From Betaproteobacteria bacterium (GTDB taxonomy: Bacteria > Pseudomonadota > Gammaproteobacteria > Burkholderiales > Ga0077523): DNA of 52,310 bases. Position numbers and translations under genes: made by a program. The notes beneath the pieces were generated by a model. The model had not been told where the DNA came from. It worked only from the letters and a program-made list of their open reading frames with translations, and did not search any database. The DNA lies in contig JANMWG010000193.1 of the NCBI GenBank assembly GCA_031393885.1, forward strand, positions 1 to 52,310, given 5' to 3'. Below, in pieces: positions 27,364 to 35,830 of this stretch (its first letter is position 1; the number at the start of each line of letters is the position of its first letter).

Positions 27364-28607
27364 ACTTTTACGTCGATGACGTATTGTTGATTTTCGTTCG
27401 GGTTCTTCTTCAGGTCGCATACCGCCGCTGTGTCGGCCGGCTTCTGCTGGCTGAAGCTCTCCAGCACCTTGAACTGCCGGTTCTGCGCTTCGGCAAGATA
27501 GACGTCGAGCACGGCATGGTGGGTCGCCGGATCGATGGTGGTCTTGCCGCCCGGGCCGGTGAAGCTCATGTTGCCTTCCAGCGCGTCGATCACCTTCATC
27601 CGATCGACCGTTCCCGCCTTCTTCACCGCAGCAGCCCACAGGTTGAACCCGTGGTAGGTCATCATCGCGAGTTCGGTCAATGGCGCGGCCTTCTCGCCGA
27701 AGCGCTGGTAATAGCGCTTGATGAACTCGGCGTTGGCCGGCGACTTCACCTCCTGGAAGTACGCATACGCAGCCAGGATGCCGTTGTGCTCCTCCGGGTT
27801 GGTCACCACGTGCTCGTTGCCCACCCCGAAGGTGGTCGACGCCATCGGGATCTGCTTCTTCATGCCCGCGGCCGCCCACTGCCGATAGAACGAGATGTGC
27901 GACCCGCCGACGAGCACCGACATGACGATGTCCGGCTTGGCCGCCTGGATCTTCTTGATGGTCGGCCCGAAGTCGGTCACGTCCAGCGGGAAGAAGTCGG
28001 TCTGCACGATGGTGCCACCGTTGTCCTGGGTGTATTTCTTCACCCACTTCGAGGTGATCTGGCCATAGTTGTAGTCGGCCGCGAGTACGTAGATCTTCTT
28101 GCCGTTGAACTTCTTCATCGCATACGGAATCAGCTTTTCGACCGTCTGCGCGGGCGTGGAGCCGGTGCAGAAGCAGTTGCGGTCGCACACGCCACCTTCA
28201 TACTGCGTGTTGTAGAAATACAGCGTGTTGAAGCGCTTGAGCACCGGCCGGATCGCCTCGCGCGAAGCCGAGGTGATGCCCGCGTGCACCACCGCCACCT
28301 TCTCCTTGGTGGCCGCTTCGGTGGCGTATTGCGTGTAGTACTGGATGTTCGACTGCGGATCGTAGTTGATCAGCTTCAGTTGCCGCCCCAACAGCCCGCC
28401 GGCGGCGTTGGCTTCTTCCACCGCCAGCGTGAGCACGTCGATCATCGGCCGACCGTAGATGTCCAGCCCGCCGGAGGCATCGTGGATGCCGGCGATCTTG
28501 ATGTCGTCGGCCGCGTGCAGGTCGCGGATGAACCATGGCCCGGCGGCAGCAGCGGTGCCGACGGCGGCGGCTTTGAGAATGCGTCTGCGGTCCAGCTTGG
28601 TATCCAT
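27360..28607 (-). CDS. Urea/short-chain amide-type ABC substrate-binding protein (UrtA/FmdD/AmiC-like), Tat-exported
   Basis: DRRRILK, GGLLGR, TSASRE, YNTQYEG, AADYNYG. Confidence 0.88.
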   Translation of the reverse strand: MDTKLDRRRILKAAAVGTAAAAGPWFIRDLHAADDIKIAGIHDASGGLDIYGRPMIDVLTLAVEEANAAGGLLGRQLKLINYDPQSNIQYYTQYATEAATKEKVAVVHAGITSASREAIRPVLKRFNTLYFYNTQYEGGVCDRNCFCTGSTPAQTVEKLIPYAMKKFNGKKIYVLAADYNYGQITSKWVKKYTQDNGGTIVQTDFFPLDVTDFGPTIKKIQAAKPDIVMSVLVGGSHISFYRQWAAAGMKKQIPMASTTFGVGNEHVVTNPEEHNGILAAYAYFQEVKSPANAEFIKRYYQRFGEKAAPLTELAMMTYHGFNLWAAAVKKAGTVDRMKVIDALEGNMSFTGPGGKTTIDPATHHAVLDVYLAEAQNRQFKVLESFSQQKPADTAAVCDLKKNPNENQQYVIDVKV

Positions 28608-29036
28608 GAATTGTCCTCGAGGTTTATGGAACTGCGGGTGCTACGTAAACCGGCGGCGTGATGCGCCGCCTCTCCGTTAACGCGACCAACCCCGAACCGG
28701 CGCACACCCGATCGCCATCACCGTGACGTGCTTCCGCAACGGTGTTTGGCGCGACGCGCGCATTCAGGAGTTATGCCTGTCAAGCGTTGGGGTCCTTCGA
28801 AAGATGTTCATGCACGCCGAGCCAGTGAGCGTCGGGCTGGCGAGGATTCAGGACGATGGTCTCGCGCTCGGCGCGGGTCTCGGTGCCGAGCGTCGCCGAG
28901 GCCTCGACTCTTACCGAATGCGCGAACAGGGCAACATCGTCGGTGACGAAGTGAATGTCCTGGCCGAACGACTTGCCGCCGAGAATGCGCAGATCGATCT
29001 CGTATTGTGCACCTCGATCTCGATTGCTCGCTACTC

Positions 29037-29096
29037 TGGTGCACGCCCGATTGGTGCACGCTCGATTGGTGCACGCTCGATTGGTGTGCGCCCGAT
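29037..29096. repeat. 15-bp tandem repeat, 4 copies
   Basis: TGGTGCACGCCCGAT / TGGTGCACGCTCGAT / TGGTGCACGCTCGAT / TGGTGTGCGCCCGAT. Confidence 0.9.
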
Positions 29097-29205
29097 TGCC
29101 GTGACGACATCTCCCTTGCAGGCACCCGCATCACCGGAATCGCCCGGCGACGGTCGAACCCGCACCGAAGCCCGTAGAATCAACGCCATTCACGAGGAGA
29201 CCACG

Positions 29206-29880
29206 ATGTTCCGCTTCGCCTTGGCCATCACGTTGTTCAGCACCCTTTGTTCCTCCCCGGTGTTGCGAGCGGAGGAACCGGTCCCCATCGAGGAGGAGCC
29301 GCAGCACAAGCTGCGTTTCGAGAATTCCCATGTGCGATTCTTCGACGTCCGGCTGCCCGCGGGTTACCGCGGGGTGATGCACATCCACCATCACGACGGC
29401 GTGTTCGTCAACATCGAAGCCAGCGCCACCGAGGCCGAGGACTGGGGCAAGGCGCCGGTGACAAGGCCCGGCCGCACACCCGGCGAGAGCTACTTCATCG
29501 GCTATGGCAAGCGCCCGAAAGCACACCGGGTGAGCAATGTCGGCGATGGCATCTATCACGTCATCGATACCGAGATCCTCGCCGGCTGCGGTGGCGCGAC
29601 GCCAGCGGACGACGCGGCCACCGGTCCGGTCGTGACGGATAACCCCCGCGTTCGCGTTTCCCGCGTCGAACTGGAACCCGGCGCGTCGGCCACGCTGCGC
29701 GGGCCATGCGGCATGCTGGTGGCAGTCACGCGCGCCCTGATCACGATCGACGCGCCCGGCGGCACCGAACGCATCGCGCTCGACCCGGCGGGCTTCAAGT
29801 GGCGCGACAGCCGCCAGCCCATGACACTCACCAATGTCGGCCAGACGCCGTTCCTGGCGATCGACATCCTGGTCAAATGA
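29206..29880 (+). CDS. Exported cupin-like (double beta-barrel) protein
   Basis: Signal peptide, EEPQHKLRFEN, HIHHHD, AHRVSNVG, second barrel DNPRVRV...LTNVG; GAGGAG RBS. Confidence 0.75.
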   Translation: MFRFALAITLFSTLCSSPVLRAEEPVPIEEEPQHKLRFENSHVRFFDVRLPAGYRGVMHIHHHDGVFVNIEASATEAEDWGKAPVTRPGRTPGESYFIGYGKRPKAHRVSNVGDGIYHVIDTEILAGCGGATPADDAATGPVVTDNPRVRVSRVELEPGASATLRGPCGMLVAVTRALITIDAPGGTERIALDPAGFKWRDSRQPMTLTNVGQTPFLAIDILVK

Positions 29881-29950
29881 CCCGATCACGCGTCCAACGA
29901 CCGATGCATCCCGCAGTCCCTCGCGCGCACCACGCCTGCGCGCCGCGCAC

Positions 29951-30976
29951 ATGAACGCGCCGGCACGCCCACCGCGGCTCTCGGTCCTCGACCAGTCGCC
30001 TATCATCCGCGGCCATTCACCCGCCGAAGCGGTCCGCCGCACCGTCGAGCTCGCGATCGAGGTCGAACGTCTCGGCTATCACCGCATCTGGCTCGCCGAA
30101 CATCACAACATGCGCGGGCTGGCCGATCCTTGCCCCGAGATACTGCTCACACGCGTGGCTTCCGCCACCAGCCGCATCCGCGTCGGCACCGGCGGCGTGC
30201 TGCTGCCCTACTACAGCGGGCTCAAGGTGGCCGAGATCTTCCGCATGCTCGAGGCGCTGTTCCCGCAGCGCATCGATCTGGGCATCGGCCGGGCACCGGG
30301 CGCCGATTCGGTCACCGCACGGGCGCTGTTCAACGGGGCGTTCTACGACTTCGACCAGTTTCCGGTGCATGTCCAGGAGACGGTCGCGTTGCTCGACAAC
30401 GCCCTGCCGCCGGACCACCCGTATGCCGGCATCGTGGCCATGCCTGCCGGCACGAGCGCACCCGAGGTCTGGCTGCTCGGCAGTTCCGACTACAGCGCCC
30501 GGCTCGCCGCCGCGCTCGGCCTGCGCTTCTCGTTCGCGCACTTCATCAGCGGCCATGGCGGCGATGCCGTGACGCGCCTGTACCGCCGCGACTTCCGTCC
30601 GTCCGCACGCGAGTCCGCACCGGCGGCCATCCTCACGGTATTCGCGATCTGCGCCGAAACCCAGGTCGAGGCCGAACTGCTCGCCGCCTCCATCGACTTG
30701 CGCCGTTTGCAGATGGCGCGTGGCCAGGACGGCCCGATCGTGCCGGCCGACGAGGCGATCGCGATGCCCTATTCCGACAGCGACCGTGCGCTCATCCGGC
30801 GCGAGCGTGCCCGCGCGGTCGTCGGCACCCCTGAAAGCGTGCGCGATCGCATCCTCGAGCTGCAGGCGGCGTTCGAGGCCGACGAGATCATGGTGCTCAC
30901 CATCACCGGCAGCTACGAATCGCGGATCGCGTCCTACGCCCTGCTGGCGCAAGCATTCGGGCTGGTAGCAGCTTGA
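29951..30976 (+). CDS. LLM-class (luciferase-like) flavin-dependent oxidoreductase
   Basis: LSVLDQS, GYHRIWLAEHH, RIRVGTGGVLLP, RIDLGIGRAPG, VWLLGSS. Confidence 0.92.
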   Translation: MNAPARPPRLSVLDQSPIIRGHSPAEAVRRTVELAIEVERLGYHRIWLAEHHNMRGLADPCPEILLTRVASATSRIRVGTGGVLLPYYSGLKVAEIFRMLEALFPQRIDLGIGRAPGADSVTARALFNGAFYDFDQFPVHVQETVALLDNALPPDHPYAGIVAMPAGTSAPEVWLLGSSDYSARLAAALGLRFSFAHFISGHGGDAVTRLYRRDFRPSARESAPAAILTVFAICAETQVEAELLAASIDLRRLQMARGQDGPIVPADEAIAMPYSDSDRALIRRERARAVVGTPESVRDRILELQAAFEADEIMVLTITGSYESRIASYALLAQAFGLVAA

Positions 30977-31135
30977 CGCCCACCCCCCGGCTTCGCTGCG
31001 CTACGCCTTCCGCCAAGTGGGCGCAGCGTCCTCGGGGGTGAGGCCGGACACAGACAGTCCCTGCGGACTGTCTGTGCCTGCCGAACGACAGCGGCCTCCG
31101 GCCGCTGGCACCCTGCGGATGCTGCCCCTTCGCTC
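30973..31135 (+). repeat. Stop-anchored repeat with the nested 68-bp module (31042-31109)
   Basis: TTGACGCCCACCCCCCGGCTTCGCTGCGC...GCAGCGTCCTCGGGGGTGA[module]ACCCTGCGGATGCTGCCCCTTCG. Confidence 0.88.
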
Positions 31136-31175
31136 GCGGACCGTCCGTCGCCTGCCGAACTGAAGGCGGTTCGGC

Positions 31176-32396
31176 GTGCCGACCCGGGCAGTTCCCTCCG
31201 AACGTCTCCTGCTCGGCCTGCTGGCGGCGGTCCAGGTGACGCACATCATGGACTTCATGGTGATGATGCCGCTCGGCCCGCAATTGATGCGGGTGTTCGG
31301 TACCGGGCCGCGCGAGTTCGGCCTGGTGGTCTCGGCCTATACGTTCGGCGCGGCGGCAGCCGGGTTTCTCGCCGCCTTCCACATCGACCGCTTCGACCGC
31401 AAGGTGGCGCTGCTGGGCATCTATGCCGGTTTCTGCGTCGCGACAGCGCTGTGCGCGATCGCCCCCGGCTTCTGGACGCTGCTCGCCGCAAGAGTCGCGG
31501 CGGGCGTGTTCGGCGGCGTCGCCGGCGCCGTGGTCTATGCCATCGTCGGCGACCTGATTCCGGAGACCCGGCGCGGCACCGCCATGGGCGTGATCGCGTC
31601 GGCCTTCTCGATATCGTCGGTGGTGGGCGTGCCCGCCGGCCTGTTCCTGGCCAACCACTTCGGGTGGCGGGCGCCCTTCGTCCTGCTGGCCGTATCGGGC
31701 ACCGTGATCTGGGTCGCCGCCTGGCGCACGTTGCCGCGCATCGACCGCCATGTGGATAGCGGACCGGGGCGCCCGGCCATCGCCCAGCTCGGCGCGATCT
31801 TCGCTCAGCGCAACCACTTGAATGCGTTTGCCCTGACGGCAACGCTGATGTTCGCCGGCTTCTCGGTGATCCCGTTCATCAGCCCCTACATGGTCGCCAA
31901 TGTCGGGTTGAAGGAAACCGATCTGCCCTGGTTGTATTTTTTCGGCGGGCTCGCGACGCTGTTCAGCTCGCGACTGATCGGTCGGCTGACCGACCGCTAC
32001 GGCCGAAAAAGGGTATTCCGTATCCTCGCGGCGATTTCGATCATACCTTTGCTGGTCACGACCAATCTGCCGCCGGTGCCGGTGCCCCTGGCGATCGCGG
32101 CCTCCGTCCTGTTCATGGTCTTCGTATCGGGTCGCTTCATTCCCCTTATGGCGCTGGTCACCGCCAGCGTCGACCCGCGCCTGCGCGGCAGCTTCCTGGC
32201 ATTCAATGCCTCCATCCAGCAATTGTTCGCCGGCCTGGCGGCCTTCGCCGCGGGTCTCATCCTGGGCCATTCCGTCGACGGCCGGATCACGCACTACAAT
32301 CTGGTCGGCGCGCTCGCGGTGATCGCCACCTTCACCTGCATCTGGCTGGCCGGCCGGGTCCGGCCGGCCATGTCGGTGGTCGGGGCGCCGCGATGA
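31176..32396 (+). CDS. MFS transporter (DHA1-like)
   Basis: About 12 TM helices, IDRFDRK and GRLTDRYGRK motif A, RRGTAMG. Confidence 0.9.
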   Translation: MPTRAVPSERLLLGLLAAVQVTHIMDFMVMMPLGPQLMRVFGTGPREFGLVVSAYTFGAAAAGFLAAFHIDRFDRKVALLGIYAGFCVATALCAIAPGFWTLLAARVAAGVFGGVAGAVVYAIVGDLIPETRRGTAMGVIASAFSISSVVGVPAGLFLANHFGWRAPFVLLAVSGTVIWVAAWRTLPRIDRHVDSGPGRPAIAQLGAIFAQRNHLNAFALTATLMFAGFSVIPFISPYMVANVGLKETDLPWLYFFGGLATLFSSRLIGRLTDRYGRKRVFRILAAISIIPLLVTTNLPPVPVPLAIAASVLFMVFVSGRFIPLMALVTASVDPRLRGSFLAFNASIQQLFAGLAAFAAGLILGHSVDGRITHYNLVGALAVIATFTCIWLAGRVRPAMSVVGAPR

Positions 32397-32533
32397 TGCC
32401 GCACCGGCTGGTCCGGCCGCGGTGTCGGCGCGGCGGCCGGCCAGGTTGCGGCCCCAAGTTGTCGGCTATGCGGTTTCGTGCGAACAATGCCGATATTCCG
32501 TAAGGGGCCCGATGGCGGGCGGAGCTTGACCAG

Positions 32534-35500
32534 ATGACCGAACACGATAGCCAGAACAGCGACTTCCGGGCCTTCACGACCCTGCGCCGCATCCTGTTCG
32601 TGGCAACCCCGGCCGGCGCGCTGGCGTGCGTTGCCGGCTACCTCGCGCGCTGGTACTCCGACGAAGCCGGCTGGATCCTGTTCGCGCTGTTCGAGGTGGC
32701 GGCGCTGGCCATTGCCCTCTGGCTGGCCGCGCAGCGACTCGACCGCGCCCGTCGTGGCGTACCGCTCCGGCCCGCCCAGGCACGATTCGACCAGGTCCAG
32801 ACCGCCCTCACCCGCGAGATCGAACTCGCCCGCGACGCTGCCCAGGAAAGCGTCGAACGGTTGCGGGTGATCACCGACAACAGCCCCTCATGCATAGGTT
32901 ATCTCGACACCGGGCTCCACTATCGTTTCTGCAACCGCACCTACCAACTTTGGTATGGCATGGCGCCCGAAGACCTTATCGGCCGCACGGTGGCCGACCT
33001 GGTGGGCGATGTCGCCTTTCGCGAGATCGCGCCGTTCTATCGCCGCGCCCTGGCCGGCGAGCAGGTGAGCTACGAACGCACCATCACCATCGACCACCAG
33101 TCGCGCACCATCCTGGTCGAGCTCGCCCCCGGTCGCGCCGACGATGGCGAAGTGCTCGGCCTGTTCGCCTGGGCCTCCGATGTCACCCCGCAGCGCGAAC
33201 AGCAGGCGGCGTTGCGCGAGAGCGAGACCCGGTTTCGCCAGGCGTTCGACTTCGCCGCCATCGGCATGGCGATCGTGTCGCCCGATGGCCGCTGGTTGCA
33301 GGTCAACCACGCCCTGTGCGACCTGCTCGGCTACAACGCCGCGAGCCTGCTGAACATGACTTTCCAGCAGGTCACCCATCCCGACGATCTCGCCGCCGAT
33401 ACCGGCTTCGTCGGACAGATGCTCGCCGGCACCATCGAGAGCTACCAGATGGAGAAGCGCTACCTGCATCGCGACGGCAGCGTGGTCTGGGTGCTGCTCA
33501 GCGTGTCACTGGTCCGCGATGCCTATCGGACACCGGTGCATTTCGTGGCCCAGATCCAGAACATCACGCCGCGCCGCGAGGCCGAGATCCAGCTTCGGCG
33601 CAGCACCTCGCTGCTGCGCCAGACCGAGCAGATGGCGCGCATCGGCGGCTGGTCGATGGATCTGCCGACCATGACCCTCGAATTGTCCGAACAGGTCTAC
33701 CGCATCCACGAACTGGCACCGGGTAGCCACCCCGACCTCACCGCCGCGCTCGACTTCTATCCGGCCGAGGTGCGGCCCGATATCGAGCGGGCCATCGCCG
33801 CCGCGCGCGCCGATGGCATCCCGTGGGATTTCGAAGTGCCCTTCGTCACCGCCGGGGGCAGACGACTCTGGGTACGGACGCAGGGCAATGCCGACATGCA
33901 AGACGGCCAGGCCGTGCGCCTGTTCGGCACCTTCCAGGACATCACCGAGCGCAAGGAAGCCCAACTTGCCCTCGAACGCAGCCAGCGTTTTCTCGACGCC
34001 GTGATCGAAGCCATTCCGCAACCCGTCTTCGTCAAGGACGAGCAGCATCGCTGGGTGCTGTTCAACACCCGCTTCGCCACCACCATGATGAAGCTGCCGC
34101 GCGAGCGCCTGATCGGGCACAGCGATCCCGACATCTATCCGCCGGATGTGGTCGCCAAGTACTGGGCGGAAGACGACGAGGCGCTGGGCCAGGCCGATCC
34201 GACCCTGCGCGAGAACCCGATCCCGCTCGACGACGGCAGCATCCGCTGGATGCTCGAGAGCAAGCAGCGGTGCGAACTGCCCGATGGCAGCCGCTACATC
34301 GTCGGCGTCGGCACCGACATCACCCACATGAAGCAGATGCAGGAGGCACTCGGTGCCAGCGAGGCCAGCCACCGCCTGCTGGCGGAGCATTCGAGCGACA
34401 TGATCCAGCGCCTGACCCCGGCGGGCGTGATCACCTATGTTTCGGCCGCGTGCCGGCGCACGCTGGGCTACCGCCCGGAAGACCTCAAGGGCAGTGCGCT
34501 CGCCGACTTCATCCACCCCGACGATCTCGAATCCACCGCCATGCGCTTCGCCGCCGTGGTCCGCAACGATGCTCAGCACACCATCACCTGCCGGCTGCGA
34601 CATCGCGACGGCCACTGGCTGTGGAGCGAATCGTCGTTCCGCGCCGTGCACGCAGCCGATACCGACGAGGTGCTGGAGGTCATCGCGGTCACCCGCGATA
34701 TCGACGAGCGCTTCCGTGCCACCGCGACCGTGAACCGTTTCAAGTACGCGCTCGACAACACGCTCGACCTGATCGTCATCATCGATCCCAGAACCCTGCT
34801 GCACCAGTACGTCAACCGCGGCGTCACCGATGCGCTGGGCTACACCGAGGCCGAAATGCTGCGCATGACGCCGATGCAGATTCGCCCCGGCGTCAGCGAA
34901 GACCAGTACCGGGGCGGCATCGCTCCGCTGCTCGCCGGATTGGTGCCGTCGCTGCGCTACGAATGCGATCTCCAGCGCCGTGACGGCAGCCCACTGCCGG
35001 TCGACGTTTCGCTGCAGGTGATCCAGCGTCCCGACGAGGCCGATGTGCTGATCGCGGTGGCGCGCGACGCGACCGAGCGCAAGAAGGTGGAGCGCATGAA
35101 GAACGAATTCGTCTCTACCGTGAGCCACGAACTGCGGACCCCGCTCACCTCGATCCGCGGCGCGCTCGGGCTACTGACCGGCGGTGCCGCCGGGGTGCTG
35201 CCCAAGCGCGCCGCTCATCTTGCCCGCATCGCCCTCGAAAACAGCGACCGCCTCATGCTGCTCATCGACGACATCCTGCACATCGAGAAGATGGAATCCG
35301 GCAACGTGCCGTTCGATGTCCGGCCCGAACCGGTCCGGCAGTTGCTCGCGCAGGCCATCGAGGCCAACGCCGCCTATGGTCAGCAGTTCGAGGTCCGCTT
35401 CGAGCTTGCGGTCGCGATCCCCGATTGCCTGGTGGCGCTCGACCGCAACCGCTTCATGCAGGTCATGGCCAACCTGCTCTCCAACGCCGCCAAATACTCC

Positions 35501-35830
35501 CCGCCCGGCGGCGTGGTGTCGGTGCGAGCCGTACGCGACGACGGCATGGTGCGCATCGAGATCACCGACCAGGGCCCCGGTATCCCGCCCGAGTTCCGCG
35601 CCAAGATGTTCGGCAAGTTCTCGCAAGCCGATTCGAGCGACACCCGGCCGCACGGCGGCACCGGCCTGGGCCTGAACATCGTACGGTCCATCATGGAGCG
35701 CCACGGCGGCGACATCGACTACATCACCACCACCGAAAGCGAAACCCCGGGGCGCAGCGGCACCACCTTCGTCGTCCGCTTTCCCGAGGCCAGGCTCGAG
35801 CCGGCCCGAATCGAGGCACTCGCGCAATGA
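32534..35830 (+). CDS. Membrane-anchored multi-PAS sensor histidine kinase
   Basis: Two TM helices, about six PAS/PAC units, FVSTVSHELRTPL, NLLSNAAKY, DQGPG, GGTGLGL. Confidence 0.92.
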   Translation: MTEHDSQNSDFRAFTTLRRILFVATPAGALACVAGYLARWYSDEAGWILFALFEVAALAIALWLAAQRLDRARRGVPLRPAQARFDQVQTALTREIELARDAAQESVERLRVITDNSPSCIGYLDTGLHYRFCNRTYQLWYGMAPEDLIGRTVADLVGDVAFREIAPFYRRALAGEQVSYERTITIDHQSRTILVELAPGRADDGEVLGLFAWASDVTPQREQQAALRESETRFRQAFDFAAIGMAIVSPDGRWLQVNHALCDLLGYNAASLLNMTFQQVTHPDDLAADTGFVGQMLAGTIESYQMEKRYLHRDGSVVWVLLSVSLVRDAYRTPVHFVAQIQNITPRREAEIQLRRSTSLLRQTEQMARIGGWSMDLPTMTLELSEQVYRIHELAPGSHPDLTAALDFYPAEVRPDIERAIAAARADGIPWDFEVPFVTAGGRRLWVRTQGNADMQDGQAVRLFGTFQDITERKEAQLALERSQRFLDAVIEAIPQPVFVKDEQHRWVLFNTRFATTMMKLPRERLIGHSDPDIYPPDVVAKYWAEDDEALGQADPTLRENPIPLDDGSIRWMLESKQRCELPDGSRYIVGVGTDITHMKQMQEALGASEASHRLLAEHSSDMIQRLTPAGVITYVSAACRRTLGYRPEDLKGSALADFIHPDDLESTAMRFAAVVRNDAQHTITCRLRHRDGHWLWSESSFRAVHAADTDEVLEVIAVTRDIDERFRATATVNRFKYALDNTLDLIVIIDPRTLLHQYVNRGVTDALGYTEAEMLRMTPMQIRPGVSEDQYRGGIAPLLAGLVPSLRYECDLQRRDGSPLPVDVSLQVIQRPDEADVLIAVARDATERKKVERMKNEFVSTVSHELRTPLTSIRGALGLLTGGAAGVLPKRAAHLARIALENSDRLMLLIDDILHIEKMESGNVPFDVRPEPVRQLLAQAIEANAAYGQQFEVRFELAVAIPDCLVALDRNRFMQVMANLLSNAAKYSPPGGVVSVRAVRDDGMVRIEITDQGPGIPPEFRAKMFGKFSQADSSDTRPHGGTGLGLNIVRSIMERHGGDIDYITTTESETPGRSGTTFVVRFPEARLEPARIEALAQ

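Noticed and set aside
28755-28785. Sigma54 promoter or riboswitch for the amide ABC operon
   Set aside because: Minus strand AGGCAT-AACTC-CTGA lacks the -12 GC; no guanidine riboswitch or ANTAR consensus was recognised in the leader.
28830-28930. Histidine kinase ATPase remnant (IQDDG...GL...MRE)
   Set aside because: Similarity is too short and degenerate to call without a search.
29037-29096. Possible CRISPR array or coding repeat in ORF 28723..29880
   Set aside because: Contiguous 15-mers with no spacers; the real gene starts at 29206 with an RBS and signal peptide.
35425-35826. N-terminal extension of the GGDEF protein
   Set aside because: Overlaps the kinase out of frame; the ATGA-coupled start at 35827 begins the REC domain.
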